Origin: Octopus vulgaris
Taxonomy: Eukaryota
NCBI GenBank assembly: GCA_951406725.2
Contig: OX597820.1
Span: 6,138,001 to 6,202,000, forward strand
Direction: 5' to 3'
DNA: 64,000 nucleotides
Made by a program: the position numbers and the translations under genes. The notes below the pieces were generated by a model. The model was not told the origin of the DNA, did not search any database, and saw only the letters and a list, made by a program, of their open reading frames with translations. Position 1 is the first letter of the stretch; each line of letters opens with the position of its first letter. Below, in pieces: positions 39,002 through 53,477 of the stretch.

Positions 39002-39233
39002 GTGTAATGAGTGAGGGCGAGTGTATAAGAGTTAATGCTTCTCCTGTAATATTCTGTGGATGTGGATTGTCACAATATATTCTCTTTGATGATGGCATGG
39101 CGTGTGATGTCCAGGAACATCCAAAGACATATAATTACTCATAGAGACATGTACACACACACACACATACACACATATACACACACTCAGAAATACTCAC
39201 GTGAATCACAGATGCACATGCACAAATACATAA

Positions 39234-39297
<64 letters not shown>

Positions 39298-39415
39298 AAG
39301 GAAAGATAGGTACAAGCGCACTCAAACATTCCTCTATGTCTAGAATTTTCTGTCTGTTTGTCTGCCTGTATCTGTATGTATCAGTCTATCTATATAGAAG
39401 TGTGTGCATGTATGC

Positions 39416-39461
<46 letters not shown>

Positions 39462-39541
39462 GTATATATAAATCTTTTAAAATTGCATTTTCAAGCCTTT
39501 CATATATAATTCAACTCGTGCGGTACCTTACAACTTCACTT

Positions 39542-39546
<5 letters not shown>

Positions 39547-39582
<36 letters not shown>

Positions 39583-39752
39583 TATATATATGCATATATA
39601 TATGCATATATATATATATATGTATGCATATATATGCATATATGTATATATATATGCATATATATATATATATATATGCATATATGTATGCATATATATA
39701 TATATATGCATATATGTATGCATATATATATATATATATATGCATATATGTA

Positions 39753-39788
<36 letters not shown>

Positions 39789-39906
39789 CATATATATATA
39801 TATATATATGCATATATGTATGCATATATATATATATGAATGTATATATATATACATATATATATACATATATATATATATACATATATATATGTATATA
39901 TATACA

Positions 39907-39962
<56 letters not shown>

Positions 39963-40028
39963 CATATATTTATATATATGTATATAGATGTATATATATA
40001 TACGTATATTTATATATATGTATATATA

Positions 40029-40059
<31 letters not shown>

Positions 40060-40114
40060 AGCATATATATGCATATATATATATATATATGCATATATAT
40101 GTATATATGTATGC

Positions 40115-40148
<34 letters not shown>

Positions 40149-40330
40149 TATATATATACATATATATATGTATGCATACATATATACATATATATATGCA
40201 ATTATGCATATATATATGTGTGTGTGTGTGTGTATACATATATATATGTATATATCTATATATATGTATATATCCATATATATATGTATATATATATTGT
40301 ATATATATATAATTATGTATATATATATAC

Positions 40331-40363
<33 letters not shown>

Positions 40364-40445
40364 TACGTATATTTATATATATATATAATATATATACATA
40401 TATATACATATGTATATATAATATATATATATATATATGTACATA
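39547..40445. repeat. Long degenerate (TA)n array
   Basis: Direct inspection; representative of many (TA)n, (CA)n, (TATG)n and (CTAT)n arrays in the window. Confidence 0.95.
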
Positions 40446-40459
40446 TTTTTTTAATTTAA

Positions 40460-43250
40460 TTTTATTTTTTTATTTTATCTAGTTTCAACTCACGAGCTGT
40501 GGCCATGCTGGGGCACCGCCATTTGGGGTTGCTACATGATTTTACTTCACGAATGCTTTTTAGCAAATGCCATTTGGTGCATGAGAGAGTCCGATGTAGC
40601 TGCCCTCATCTGCACCTCCTGCCGTCAAGTTTGTTCATCTTGGATACCTGACAAGAAGAGATCCAGTTTCATTTTAAAGACATCTGCATCCACCTCATGC
40701 AGGTCTCTTAGGTTCTTCGGGAGGATATTGAAGAGCTGTGGGCCTCGGAAGCCCAGGCTCTCACAGTATCTTGTCCTACATCTTGATGGAAAATCTGGAG
40801 TCCTTGGCACCACGAAGTGGCGCCCAGGTCTGGCATTTGTGTAACTCTCGATCCCAAAGTTTGGGACAAGTCCTTCCAGGATCTTCCAGATGTATATTAT
40901 GGCATATCTTTCTCGCCTACGCTCCAAGGAATAGAGTTTTAATCTCTTGAGTCTTTCCCAGTAGCTTATATGCTGCACAGAGGCTATCTTCTTCGTGTAG
41001 CTTCGTTGGATCGCCTCAAGTTCTGTGATCAACTTGACACTGGATGGTGACCATAGCTAAGAGCAATAGTCAAAGTGGCTTAGGACAAGTGTCCTCCAGA
41101 GGACCATCATGGTTTCTTGTTCTCTTGTTCTAAAGGTTCTAAGAATCCATCCGGCCAGTCGTCTACATTTCATTACCAATTTAGCAACATGTACATGAAA
41201 GGTTGTGTCATCACTCATGTAAATACCCAGGTCACGCACTAATTGTGCCTCTGGGATTGCAATCCCTCCGGGTCTAGTGTATTCATTGGGTATTGCATTT
41301 ACTTTTGCATGCTGATAGCATTAAACTTGAAACTTTTCAGCATTGAACTGCATGCTATTCTTTTCAGCCCACTTGTATATTTTGTCCAGCTCACATTGCA
41401 GGTGTTTAGTGTCTTCAGGGTTCTGTATTGCCTGTGAAACTTTTGTATCATCTGCATAACTTGTGATCGTGGTTCTCTGCGTGGCTGAGGGCATGTCTGA
41501 GAGGGCCATTATGAACAGTAGTGGTCCCAAAACAGTGCCCTGCGGAACACCGCTCACTATTTGCGTGTTAATGGAAGTGGTCCCATTGGCTACTACCACC
41601 TGACTTCTATCCTTCAGAAAGTCATGAAGCCATTCTCCCAGTTTTCCAACTATGCTAAGATCACGCAGTTTGTGACATATCATTCCATGATCGACTTTAT
41701 CAAAGGCCTTTGCAAAGTCGAGATATATGACTTCCACATTTGAGTGGTTGAGCAGTCGTTTCAGCACCTAGTCATAGTGTTGTAGGAGCTGAGTTAAGCA
41801 GCTTCTTCCTGGTCGGAAACCATGTTGGGTGTCAGGCAGCAAATCATTTTCTTCAAGGAAGGTGATTAGTTTCCTTCTGACTATTCGTTCCATGACCTTG
41901 CTGATGTGTGAGGTCAGAGAGATAGGTCTGTAGTTCTTGGCCTCCGCTCTGCTACTTCCTTTATGAATAGGGCATATTTTACCTTCCTTCAGTTTTCTTG
42001 GAAGTTTGCCAGTTGCAAGGAGGCTCTGAAAGAGGGACTGCAGTGGTCTTGCTAGGACTCTCTTACATACCTTTAGAAGGATTGCCGGGAATCCATCGGG
42101 GCCAGTAGCTGAGTTTGTTTTCATTTCATCTATAACCTTTATTACATCGTCTTCCTTTATATTGATGTAATCAATCATCGCTACCTCTGATTTTATATCT
42201 GCAGTGGTAAAGAAGTCAGTTGGATTGGTGATTTGGAAATGCTCAAGGGGTGGAGTGAAAACACTCTTGAATTGCTCATTCAGTATTTCACTTACCCTCA
42301 TTGGATTTCCTGTGAGTGTGCCATCCTTTTCAAGGAGTGGCTCTATCCTACAGTGCACCGTAGCTGTTTCTTTGGCATACCTGTAGAAAGCTCTGGGGTT
42401 AGATTTTATGTTGTCTATAGCCCAGGCTTCTTTGTCTGCTCTTTCCTTTTCATGGGAGAGTTGCAGACATTTTTCAATTTTCAACAGTTTTATTTTCAGG
42501 CGGGAATTTTCACTGCTTTCAATTTGTTTGTTTAGGCGATTTGAAATTTTTGTACGCCGTCTCATTAAAATTTTCCTCTCTCTGGGGATTTTGTTCTTGT
42601 GTACAGTGGCCTTTCTCTTTGGGACACATTTGTAGCATATGGCTTGCATTACAGACATGAATTGTTAAAGTTTCACGTCGATGTCTGGCGAGGAGAGACA
42701 TTCAGGCCAGTTTTGTTTGAGGATCTCTTTCTCAATTTGTTTCCAGTTTGCCTTATGGAATTTCAAGCTGGAAAGATTCTGAGAGTTTCTTGTAGGCTGC
42801 ATGTCCATGCTTTCCTTTGGCCCGTACATGGTCAGCTCTACCATGTTGTGATCCGAGAGTAGTGTCGGTGTCACTTTCACATTATGGATGAGATCCATAT
42901 CATTTGTGAAGCAGAGATCCAGTGTGTTACCTGCCCTGGTTGGTTGGAGTATTACTTGTTCCATGTACAGGGTGTTGATGAGGTTCAGGAGGGACCTCGC
43001 TTGTCCTCGTTCACATCGTGTCATTCCTAGGAGAGAAAGGCCCTCAAGCCATCTGACATTGGGTAGATTGAAGTCTCCCATAACAAGTACACATATGTGT
43101 TGTTCTAATGTGACTAGAACTTCTTCTTTTATAAGGCAGTCTTCAAACTTGCCTACATGGCTTGGGGCATCTGGTGGGCGATATGTAGCACACACAACTA
43201 CACCAAGTTGCCTTATATGTACAATTAGTGTGTCACACACCGAGTTTGAG
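40460..43250 (-). mobile_element. CR1-like LINE, 5'-truncated, disrupted (APE + RT)
   Basis: [27 protein letters not shown]; GPDG, NYRPISLTS, QHGFRPGRSC, YLDFAKAFDKV, GVPQGTVLGPLLF, YADD, LYSLERRRER; stops and frameshifts; A-rich tail; TA arrays on both sides. Confidence 0.95.
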
Positions 43251-43269
43251 TATATATATATGTATATAT

Positions 43270-43303
<34 letters not shown>

Positions 43304-43374
43304 CATATATATATACATATATATGTATACATATACATATATACATATATATATGTATACATATACATATATAC

Positions 43375-43415
<41 letters not shown>

Positions 43416-44226
43416 TATATGTATACATATACATATATACATATATATACATATGTATATATACATACATATACATATGTATATATACACATATACATAT
43501 GTATGTATATATATATATATATATATATATACGCACGTATACACACACACACAGACTTATAAAGCAAGAGTATGGAATGAACTTGCTTAAATCACAACAA
43601 TTGTGTGCACTACTAACAATAATTAGTTTCTCAACAAGTAACAGTTATTAGCGATGCACAGAAACAAATGTTGTGATTTGTGATTTTTGTTTTATAAATT
43701 CTATATTCAAATTCTGCATATACTAACAGATTGCCGGATGTATACCCTAAGAGGTGAGTAATCCTGCTATATGGTGGCATACAGGATGATAAACGTAGCC
43801 TATGAAAGGGCGTATGAACTCAACAGAGTCAACGGCCATAGAAAAGCTGTCTTTGCTTAGACATCTCTTAAAGAGAGGGAAATTCTGATGTACCTCAAGC
43901 TTCATCTTGTTTTTTCTTTTTTCTAGATTATTTGGTTTTGAAGTTGAGAGTCTTGCGGTATTGTTCTTGATGTTATTGATGATAACTTTAAATTTAAGCT
44001 TGGACATTGCTGACAGCCACTGTCATTGATATCTAAGATTAGATAATAATTTAGTGATGGCCATACTCGCCTACGACTTGACCGTGTACGCATGTATGTA
44101 TGTATGTATGTATGTATGTATGTATGTATGTATGTATGTATGTATGTATGTATGTATGTATGTATGTATGTATGTATGTATGCATGTATGTATGTATGTA
44201 TGTATGTATGTATGTATGTATGTATG

Positions 44227-44271
<45 letters not shown>

Positions 44272-44564
44272 GCATATATGTATGTTTTTTTGTTGGTATG
44301 ATTTTTCTTTGAGTTTAATTTAAGTTTTTCTTGAGAAAGTTCAAGCCAGTTGCTAACAAAGCAACAAGGAGTTTTTGAGTTACGAGGGTTCCCCGTGTTT
44401 GTACAGATGTGGTTGTGTTGGTGTGTTTGTTGATCTGACGATGCGTACATCCAAGTGTGTGCCCCTATTCACATAAGAATCTCACATAGAGAAGTTTTGG
44501 AATGTCTTACAAATTCTCACCGTGCCATAAAAGCCTGGATTTAGAGATGCATGTATGTGTGTAA

Positions 44565-44595
<31 letters not shown>

Positions 44596-44671
44596 TGTAT
44601 GTATGTATGTATGTATGTATGTGTGTGTGTGTGCGTGTATGTATGTATGTATGTATGTGTATATGTATGTG

Positions 44672-44705
<34 letters not shown>

Positions 44706-44718
44706 TGTGTGTGTGTTC

Positions 44719-44822
44719 ATTGTTCAGTCTTATTTCAAGATTTCTTGCCAATAGAGAAAGAACCGGTTTCTAACCTAGATCCAAGGCTCCTTCATCGGAA
44801 TTTCAACATCAAAAACAGGGTA
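44719..44822 (-). mobile_element. ~100-bp repeat with hammerhead-like motif, second copy
   Basis: Near-identical to 16195-16297; embedded in (TATG)n. Confidence 0.6.
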
Positions 44823-44888
44823 TGTATGTATGTATGTATGTATGTATGCATGCATGTATGTATGTATGTATGTATGTATGTATGTATG

Positions 44889-44922
<34 letters not shown>

Positions 44923-46045
44923 TGTTTGTATGTATGTATGTATGTATGTATGTATGTATGTATGTATAGATGTATTGATGTATGTATGTTTGTGCAGATT
45001 TGTATGTTTTATGTATATATTCACATCCATATAGTTACATATCTAGACATGCTCATATATATATATTCAAATGATAAACTTCTGGAAGGTTTTAGAGATT
45101 TTTACAGCTCCAGTGATGGATTGGATGTGTAATCTTCGAATCAGGTTTCTCCTTTCATGTTTTCAGAAACCTAATTTCTCAACATTGATATTCAGGCAGT
45201 GTGTTACATACCCTAGGGGCCCCAATAATGTATGTATGTATGTATGTATGTATGTATGTATGTATGTATGTATGTATGTATGTATGTATGTATGTATGCA
45301 TGTGTGTGTCTATTTATGCATATATATGCACATGCATGTGTATGTATATGTATGTATATGTATATGCATATGTGTACGTATGTATGCGTATTATGTGAAT
45401 GTAAATGTTTATCTGAATGTAGTGCATTATTTCTATATAGAATCTTTAGCTTCTTTGGTAACTCTTAATCCACCCCGAATGACATTCCAGCTGTAATGCT
45501 CCTGTCTCCACCAGGCAAGGCTTATCTTATGCAATAACACATTATCTTCTTAAAAGATCTCGCCGAAGGAAAATTTGGTTGCTATTTCTAGCAGTCAGAA
45601 TGATCTCGATGAGGTACATTCACTGAGTGAGGGGAACATGTGACATTCAGACAACTGAAAAATTCTATAAATAACTTTAATAATAGAAAACCAACGTAAG
45701 CAGTCGCCATTGTTCGAGCCTCGTTCTAATGTTACATTTTGGCAATACATCATCTTTTTCACTTCGCAAATAAACAACACCGAATTCTTGCTGCAATGAA
45801 CTGTCACCAAGTTCAAAATACAGCCAACTCGTTAGTCTACATAGAATTATTCAAAGAGACAGTTCCGTTGTTTGCTGTATTCAATGTTTAATGCTATTCT
45901 ATAAAAGATGAAAATTATATTTCGAGGCGAGTCAATCTTACATTTTTATTGGACATTACTCATAGAAGCACAATGAAAACTTCGGTTGGATTTTGACGTT
46001 TTATAAATCGTATTTACATTCAGTTTTCCTGCATTTCCTCCACAT

Positions 46046-46089
<44 letters not shown>

Positions 46090-47143
46090 CATTCATTCAC
46101 TCACTCTCTCACTTTTCATCTATGGATCTACACTGTTATCTAGCTATCTTTCTCATTATATATCCATTTGTTTATCTATCTTACTATTTATCTACCTACT
46201 TATGTGTCTGGCTTGCCTTGACAAATAACAGAAACTGGACTCAATACAGATAGTAGAGAATGCATATAGGATTGTTAGGTGAAGAAGTATGGATACGCAA
46301 CGGCCTAGAGTTTCGTGCCACTCGAACAAACCTGATTAAGATGGCAAATATTCTAAACTATCTTTAGATATATCATTGCAGCATTATGATAAACATGTTT
46401 CAAAATCTTTATTGAGGGGAATCACACACATACACACACGCGCGCGCGCGGTCTCCTTCTCTCTCTTTCTCTCTCTCCCTTGCTCTATCATGTGTCAAAC
46501 ATTAACTTGATAATATCCACTCAAAACTTTCTCCGAAAATATTGTCATTGATACCCTATTGTAGAAATCAATACTACTCTATTAATGATGATGATGATGA
46601 TTATAATGCAGAACCGGAAAGATACCGGACTATCTGCATTGAAATTTTTGGTTGCAATCCTTTATGCTCTATGTTCAAATCTAACATTGTCTTTCATCCA
46701 CCCAGGATCCCTGCAAAAAGTGCTGCTTTGTCGCAGAAAACCCTAAAGGTGACAAACCCCTTCCTCTCAAATTCTCATATTCCCTTCCTTGTGCCTGTGA
46801 TAGAAATTTTGAGGATAATGGCGTTGGCGGTAGATTGACCACGAGGTATTTTCTTAGAATCCTATACGTTCTGGGTTGGAGTGGTGCTGGAGCGATCTTT
46901 ATTGTTCCATTCATTCCAAGCCCTATAGAATAAATACCAGTCATACACTAGGGTTACATTCCAGCAGACAAATACCATTCTTTTCCTCTGTACGTTTGTG
47001 GACGAGTGCCAGGGATTTGAGACAATTATTCTTGTATATTGTGTATTTGATACATGTCTGATTGACGGCATCTTCTACACACATACATATATACACCTCA
47101 AAATGTATACATCTATCCAGAAATGCATACATACATACATACA

Positions 47144-47175
<32 letters not shown>

Positions 47176-47686
47176 CAAATAAATACAAAACGTCTGTATG
47201 TGTTAAAATATATATATATATATATTTATATGTATACAAGAATGAGAGAGGAGAGAAAGAGAGAAGGGAAAAGAGTAGAGAAAAGAGAGAGAAGGGGGAG
47301 TGGATGCATCATAGATCGAGTGTATACCACCATGAATACGTCGACACCATTCTGGCGGCGTGAAGACAGCGAGGCACCATTCTAATAAGCTCGATTGTCT
47401 GTAAATTCTACGAAAGACACGAACAATGTGAAGATGCGACCATTTCTCATCTGATTTACGCCTTGTCTTTTATATTTTACATAACTCCGATACGATATGC
47501 TGCATTAATGAGAGAATATTAATTAGATTTTTTAATTATGGTAAGTAAATTTAATTTCACAGAGAGAATGCCAGCTCAGAAACTGACCACTCTATGAATA
47601 TTAATTAATAAATAAGAATTTACCAATTTACCAGTTTATGTATACGTTACATACATAGAACAATATAACACTGACACACTTGTATA

Positions 47687-47741
<55 letters not shown>

Positions 47742-47850
47742 TGAGAGAGATATGAATGAATGTCTATCTTTTACCCTTCTCTCTCTCTTTTCTTCTTTCT
47801 CCTCTTTCTTTGTCTCTCCCATATATTCATACAATCATACACAAACACAC

Positions 47851-47904
<54 letters not shown>

Positions 47905-47958
47905 GTGTGTGTGTGTGTGTGTGTGGGTACGTATATATATATGCAAGTATATATGTGT

Positions 47959-48023
<65 letters not shown>

Positions 48024-48024
48024 A

Positions 48025-48056
<32 letters not shown>

Positions 48057-48138
48057 AATATATATATATATAATATAATATATACATATATATAAACATA
48101 TAATATATATCATACACACACACATATGCATATTTGGG

Positions 48139-48302
48139 TACAGGACGTCACCAACTGTGTAAACAACATGAAATACGAAAACGAACGCGTTAAATACGCA
48201 AACAACGATAATAAAAATGGAAGACAGGACAAGTAAACACAATGAACGACCTTTCATCAGTTGTCGGCTGTCTATCTAATCTTTTCGAGCATTCAACGAC
48301 AA
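48139..48302 (-). mobile_element. (TA)n-embedded repeat related to 57800-57980
   Basis: Shared AGGACGTCAC and GACCTTTCATCAGTTGT.GGCTGT.TATCTA..TCGAGCATT. Confidence 0.6.
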
Positions 48303-48332
48303 TATATACATATATATATATATATATATACG

Positions 48333-48409
<77 letters not shown>

Positions 48410-49673
48410 CTTTGTAGCTCTCTCTCTATATATATACATACATATATCATTTTTGTATTTATGTGAATTTCTGTGTTGAAGCTTATTTTGTTATCTCTGG
48501 AGAGAACTTCTTCAGGCGGCAGCCATACCATCGGAGTTAAGGAGTATAAAAAACAATATTTCCTCTCTTTAGATGGAGTACTGTTTTTGTTGAATCTGGA
48601 CATACGGATCTCTTCATTATATATATATATAAATATAAAATACCAAAGAAGAAGAAGAAACCCAGAATAGCTTCCAAGAAGAAGAGCCTAAGAAATAAAT
48701 AACTAGGATGGCCCATACGCGAAAGTACAAATAATTAAAAAAAGAGGCAAGCACTGAGACAAAAGGAGCCCAGACCTTAGAAATGGAAAGACGAGAGAGC
48801 AAACGTGTGTGTGTAAATTCTAGCCGTGCGGTGTTTCTGTTGTTATGGAGACGACGATGCAAATTACTCTTTTCTACACCTCAAACCGTGCACAACTTCC
48901 ATGAAGCAGGACAAAATCTTCCCTACAAAGGGACCAAAAGATAAAACCCCAAAGGGTCACTAAAAGCTCATCACCTGTACGAAAACGAATATAAGGTGAT
49001 GTAATGCGCTCTATATCCAACGATCAGCCCTGTCCAGATGCCGTATTAATGGCTGAAGTTGAGCAAACTACAATTTCAGAGTCGGAGCCATCCCCAACAA
49101 TATATAAGACTATCACGCCCATTGGATCCAAGGTGGCCACCCCAGGCATCAGCGCAGATTTCGTACCGTTATTCTTACTAAACTTTAGAAGGCTGTTACA
49201 ACTCAGTAACAGAAACAAAATTCCCTCCCAGGGAGATTTTATGGAATGCAAGTTTTCGGTTTGAAAAGTGGATCTGTATAGAGTTGGTGAATCTCCGACT
49301 GATTTTATTTTGTGGTTGTTCCTGATTTCTCCGTCACACGATCCTTCAGGTTGGTGGTTTGGGTGGTGCAGGTGTTAAATATTCAGAGGAGCAGAGGTCA
49401 TATTACAATCGAAATAAGCAGTAGCGTGGTGAGGGGAGGAGTGGTGGCAGGTATTCCCGTCGTGTATATATATGTGTGTGTATGTGTTTGTGAGTGTGTA
49501 CACGTGCGCGTCCTTGTGCTTGTGACATCCACCATCGTTGGCGAAGCAAAAGATACCAATGGCATCAGAGCAAGCCTCAAAAAATCATTACTGGAGTAGA
49601 TTTGTTCCACTAAAATCTCTGCAAGACGGTTCCACAGCATAGCCACAGTCCAATGTCTGAAACAGATAATACA

Positions 49674-49707
<34 letters not shown>

Positions 49708-49765
49708 TGAATATATATATATATTTCGATACATATATACATATATCTATGTATATGTATACACA

Positions 49766-49854
<89 letters not shown>

Positions 49855-50116
49855 CCATAGTGACTGAAGAAGGGGTTTTTCTTTGTGTTAATTGTCCTGT
49901 ACTCTATTTTTGTTGTTGTTGAAAAAAATGTCCAGTTCCTTTGGTTTGTGTCTATGTTTTCGTTTCTCATTGTGTTCGACGTCCTTTTGGTGTCCTGTAC
50001 TCATATATGCGTGTATATGTACATGTAGAGGTAGGTACGTACATATATGTTTATATATATGCATATGTTTTATTTTATTTATTAATATATATATACATAC
50101 ACCCATATATATAAGT

Positions 50117-50150
<34 letters not shown>

Positions 50151-50636
50151 AGTATAAATATATATCTATATATATATATATATAAGTATAAATATATATC
50201 TATATATATATATATATAAGTATAAATATATATATATATAAGTAGATATATACATATAAATGTATATATATATAAACACACATACAAACGTACGTACGTA
50301 TATATGTATATGTGTTTCTATAATTTTATTATGTTTATGTATATATATACATATATATATATATATATACATATATACATATATATATATATTTATGTAT
50401 TTATGTACTTATATGCGTACCTCTCTCTATATACTCATATATATGTATTCACACAGACACACAGACACACACGCATATTATTTATTTATTTTTCTGCCAT
50501 GAAATAATGAAACGAGATCAATAAACTAGAAATGTCACTTTCACTAAAAGCTCATCTGTGGTGCAGTGAACATGTGACGTTAGCGAAATCGGTGTCACGA
50601 TACAACACGATAGAAATATCCATCATATATGTACGT

Positions 50637-50718
<82 letters not shown>

Positions 50719-51087
50719 GCACTAGCTTTCCATCTCTGAAACATTCATACGGATTTGTTTATATACACCGGGATACTTGATTTGTAAACGGGAGTGGACG
50801 GTTGGATGGTGTGAGAGAGTTAAGGTAGTGTATCACTGTGACAGATAGAAATGCTATCACATGGCCACACACGTAACGCGATTTTGTGCTTACTAAGTGG
50901 GCCTCTGTGATACGGTTCAAGTATTGATTCGACCGCAAGGAACACTAGACGGTTGTCTGTCTTCAACTAAAATCTAGTGAATCCCGTTCTGCATTGGCCG
51001 CCTGTACGTGGTATTTCATAGATGGAAACAGTGTTGAATCCCACCTTGTATACAAACCATAATCATTCTCACACACAGATATATATC

Positions 51088-53238
51088 TCCAATCTGCTTC
51101 CTTCGATTGGAAGAGAGCAGATTGGAACCTGTACCACACTGAACTACAGCACCCAAACTGGCGTGAATTCTACAACTCTGGAGATGTGAATACTATACTC
51201 CAGAGTATCCTGGACTCAATATGGGCAGCATGTGCAGCATCAGTGCCACGTAAACAAAAAAAGAAGAACCGCCCCAAAAGGGCAATTTGGGAAACTTCAG
51301 CGGTCCGACTTGCCAGGAGGGAACGTCGGACTGCTGAACGGGAATACAGGTTGCATAAATCAGACACCAACAGGAAGAAGCGGAATAAATCCTCCAACCA
51401 TCTCAAGCAAGTGACAAAAAAAGCAGTGCTTGAATTTGAACAGTGCATAGCAGCCAATCCTGACAGCAAGGTTTTCTGGAAATATGTGCACTCAAAGCAG
51501 AGACCTCACTCTCCAGTGGGCCCTCTTCGCAACCCTCACACAAACCAGATCACTGACGACCCCAAGGAATGCGCAGAACTCATTGCCGAGTGCTATGCAA
51601 ACATATTCACTGTTGAAAGTCAAAATGTACCATCTTCACCATCACTAACAGCAAACTCCATAACAACTATGGAATTTACACCTGCAATGCTGCGACGTCA
51701 CCTTCAAAATAAGCACAACTATGCCTCCCCTGGTCTCGATGGAGTTACATACCTGCTTCTCAAACGTGGCAGGCACTTCCTTTTACACCAGCTTTCTATT
51801 TTCTTCCAGTACTGTCTCAACAATGGTGCTACTCCGGAGCAGTGGAAAACTGCCAGTGTCATTCCTCTGTTCAAAAAGGGCGACCGCACATCACCTGTCA
51901 ACTATCGCCCAGTCAGTCTCACTAGCTGTATTGCAAAACTGATGGAATCGTGTGTCAGAGAAACACTCTGGAACTTCTGGAGCTCTCACAGTCTCATCCG
52001 ACCCTCACAATATGGATTTGTCCCTAACTCCAGCTGCAGTGACCAGCTTGTCGAGTTCCTTGAGGACATTACTCAGATTACTGACAGTGGCTCATGGGTG
52101 GATGTTGTCTACCTTGACTTTGCTAAGGCTTTCAACTCTGTGCCACACAAAAGGCTTATGGTGAAACTCTCTGCAATGGGTGTGGGGGATGACCTTTTTA
52201 ACTGGTTGAAATCCTTCATCCTCAGCCGAAAGGAGGTAGTCACAGTTCTAGGACAGCACTCTACACCATATGAGATGTCATCGGGTGTACCACAGGGATC
52301 TGTCCTTGGTCCCCTCTTGTTTGTGGCATACATTAACGACATAGATGCCAATTTAAAGAATGCCACAGTATTGAAATATGCAGACGACATCAAGCTGTAC
52401 CTTGAAATCAAGAGGACAGATCCTGATGTCTACAACTCTTTCCTGCAATCAGACCTAGACACAATGCAGCAATGGATCACAGACTGGCAACTGAAACTGG
52501 CTGTGGACAAGTGTACCACCATGCATTTTGGGAGAAAAAACCCTGCGTTCACATACTCCCTCCACAACACTGATATCAAGAAATCCTCTTGTGAGCGTGA
52601 CCTAGGCATCACTGTCAGCAGTGATTTGCGTTGGTCAAAGCATATCTCTAAGATTGTCAGGAAGGCCGAGGGTGTCTTGGCATCACTCAGCAGGTCTTTT
52701 GTTAGCCGCTCTCCAGCCATCTATTTAAAACTGTATACAGCTATGGTACGACCACACTTGGAATTCGCATCATCAGTTTGGAACCCCTATCTTGCACAGA
52801 ACATTGACCTCCTGGAATCTGTCCAGAGACGTGCAACCAAACGCATACCCTCCATCAGACACCTACCATATTCTGAGCGCCTTGTTTCCCTGGGCATGGA
52901 TTCACTGAAGCTCCGGCGTTTGGCGACGGACTTGGTAAACACCCACAAAGTTATCAACCACCTCACCAACAACAACACTGAACACCTTTTTGATCTCCAT
53001 GTGTCTAACACACGTGGACATGCCTACAAAGTCAGAAAACAATACAGCTCCCATGACTTTCGGAAACATTTTTTCACGCTCAGAATTGCTGAAGCATGGA
53101 ATAAACTGCCTGCGTCAGTTGTTGACTGCCATGACACTGCATCTTTTAAGGCCCTCATGCTTTCCGAAATCCGCCGAAACTACACCTGATTATATATACA
53201 CTTTAGATGAGTTGTAGTGCACCTGAGCACTGTACACA

Positions 53239-53270
<32 letters not shown>
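51088..53270 (+). mobile_element. CR1-like LINE, 5'-truncated, apparently young, (TTA)n tail
   Basis: Uninterrupted RT frame, short 3' UTR with GTGC..GCAC stem, TTA tail. Confidence 0.95.
51102..53189 (+). CDS. LINE ORF2 reverse transcriptase, open frame lacking endonuclease and true start
   Basis: ORF 51186-53189 extends in frame upstream (FDWKRADWNLYH); SPGLDG, NYRPVSLTS, QYGF, YLDFAKAF, GVPQGSVLGPLLF, YADD, ERDLGI, VRPHLEF. Confidence 0.9.
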   Translation, partial: FDWKRADWNLYHTELQHPNWREFYNSGDVNTILQSILDSIWAACAASVPRKQKKKNRPKRAIWETSAVRLARRERRTAEREYRLHKSDTNRKKRNKSSNHLKQVTKKAVLEFEQCIAANPDSKVFWKYVHSKQRPHSPVGPLRNPHTNQITDDPKECAELIAECYANIFTVESQNVPSSPSLTANSITTMEFTPAMLRRHLQNKHNYASPGLDGVTYLLLKRGRHFLLHQLSIFFQYCLNNGATPEQWKTASVIPLFKKGDRTSPVNYRPVSLTSCIAKLMESCVRETLWNFWSSHSLIRPSQYGFVPNSSCSDQLVEFLEDITQITDSGSWVDVVYLDFAKAFNSVPHKRLMVKLSAMGVGDDLFNWLKSFILSRKEVVTVLGQHSTPYEMSSGVPQGSVLGPLLFVAYINDIDANLKNATVLKYADDIKLYLEIKRTDPDVYNSFLQSDLDTMQQWITDWQLKLAVDKCTTMHFGRKNPAFTYSLHNTDIKKSSCERDLGITVSSDLRWSKHISKIVRKAEGVLASLSRSFVSRSPAIYLKLYTAMVRPHLEFASSVWNPYLAQNIDLLESVQRRATKRIPSIRHLPYSERLVSLGMDSLKLRRLATDLVNTHKVINHLTNNNTEHLFDLHVSNTRGHAYKVRKQYSSHDFRKHFFTLRIAEAWNKLPASVVDCHDTASFKALMLSEIRRNYT

Positions 53271-53277
<7 letters not shown>

Positions 53278-53393
53278 TATGTATGCGTGTGTATACACAT
53301 ACACACACGCACACGCACGCACATATGCACATATAGATATAGCTGGTGCTATTAAGTGGCTTAGGTCAAGTGTGGCTGTAACATATCTAAGTC

Positions 53394-53477
<84 letters not shown>

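Noticed and set aside
43747-44007. ORF containing VCHHIAGLL (SWIM-finger-like)
   Set aside because: Upstream CxC is missing; single short resemblance
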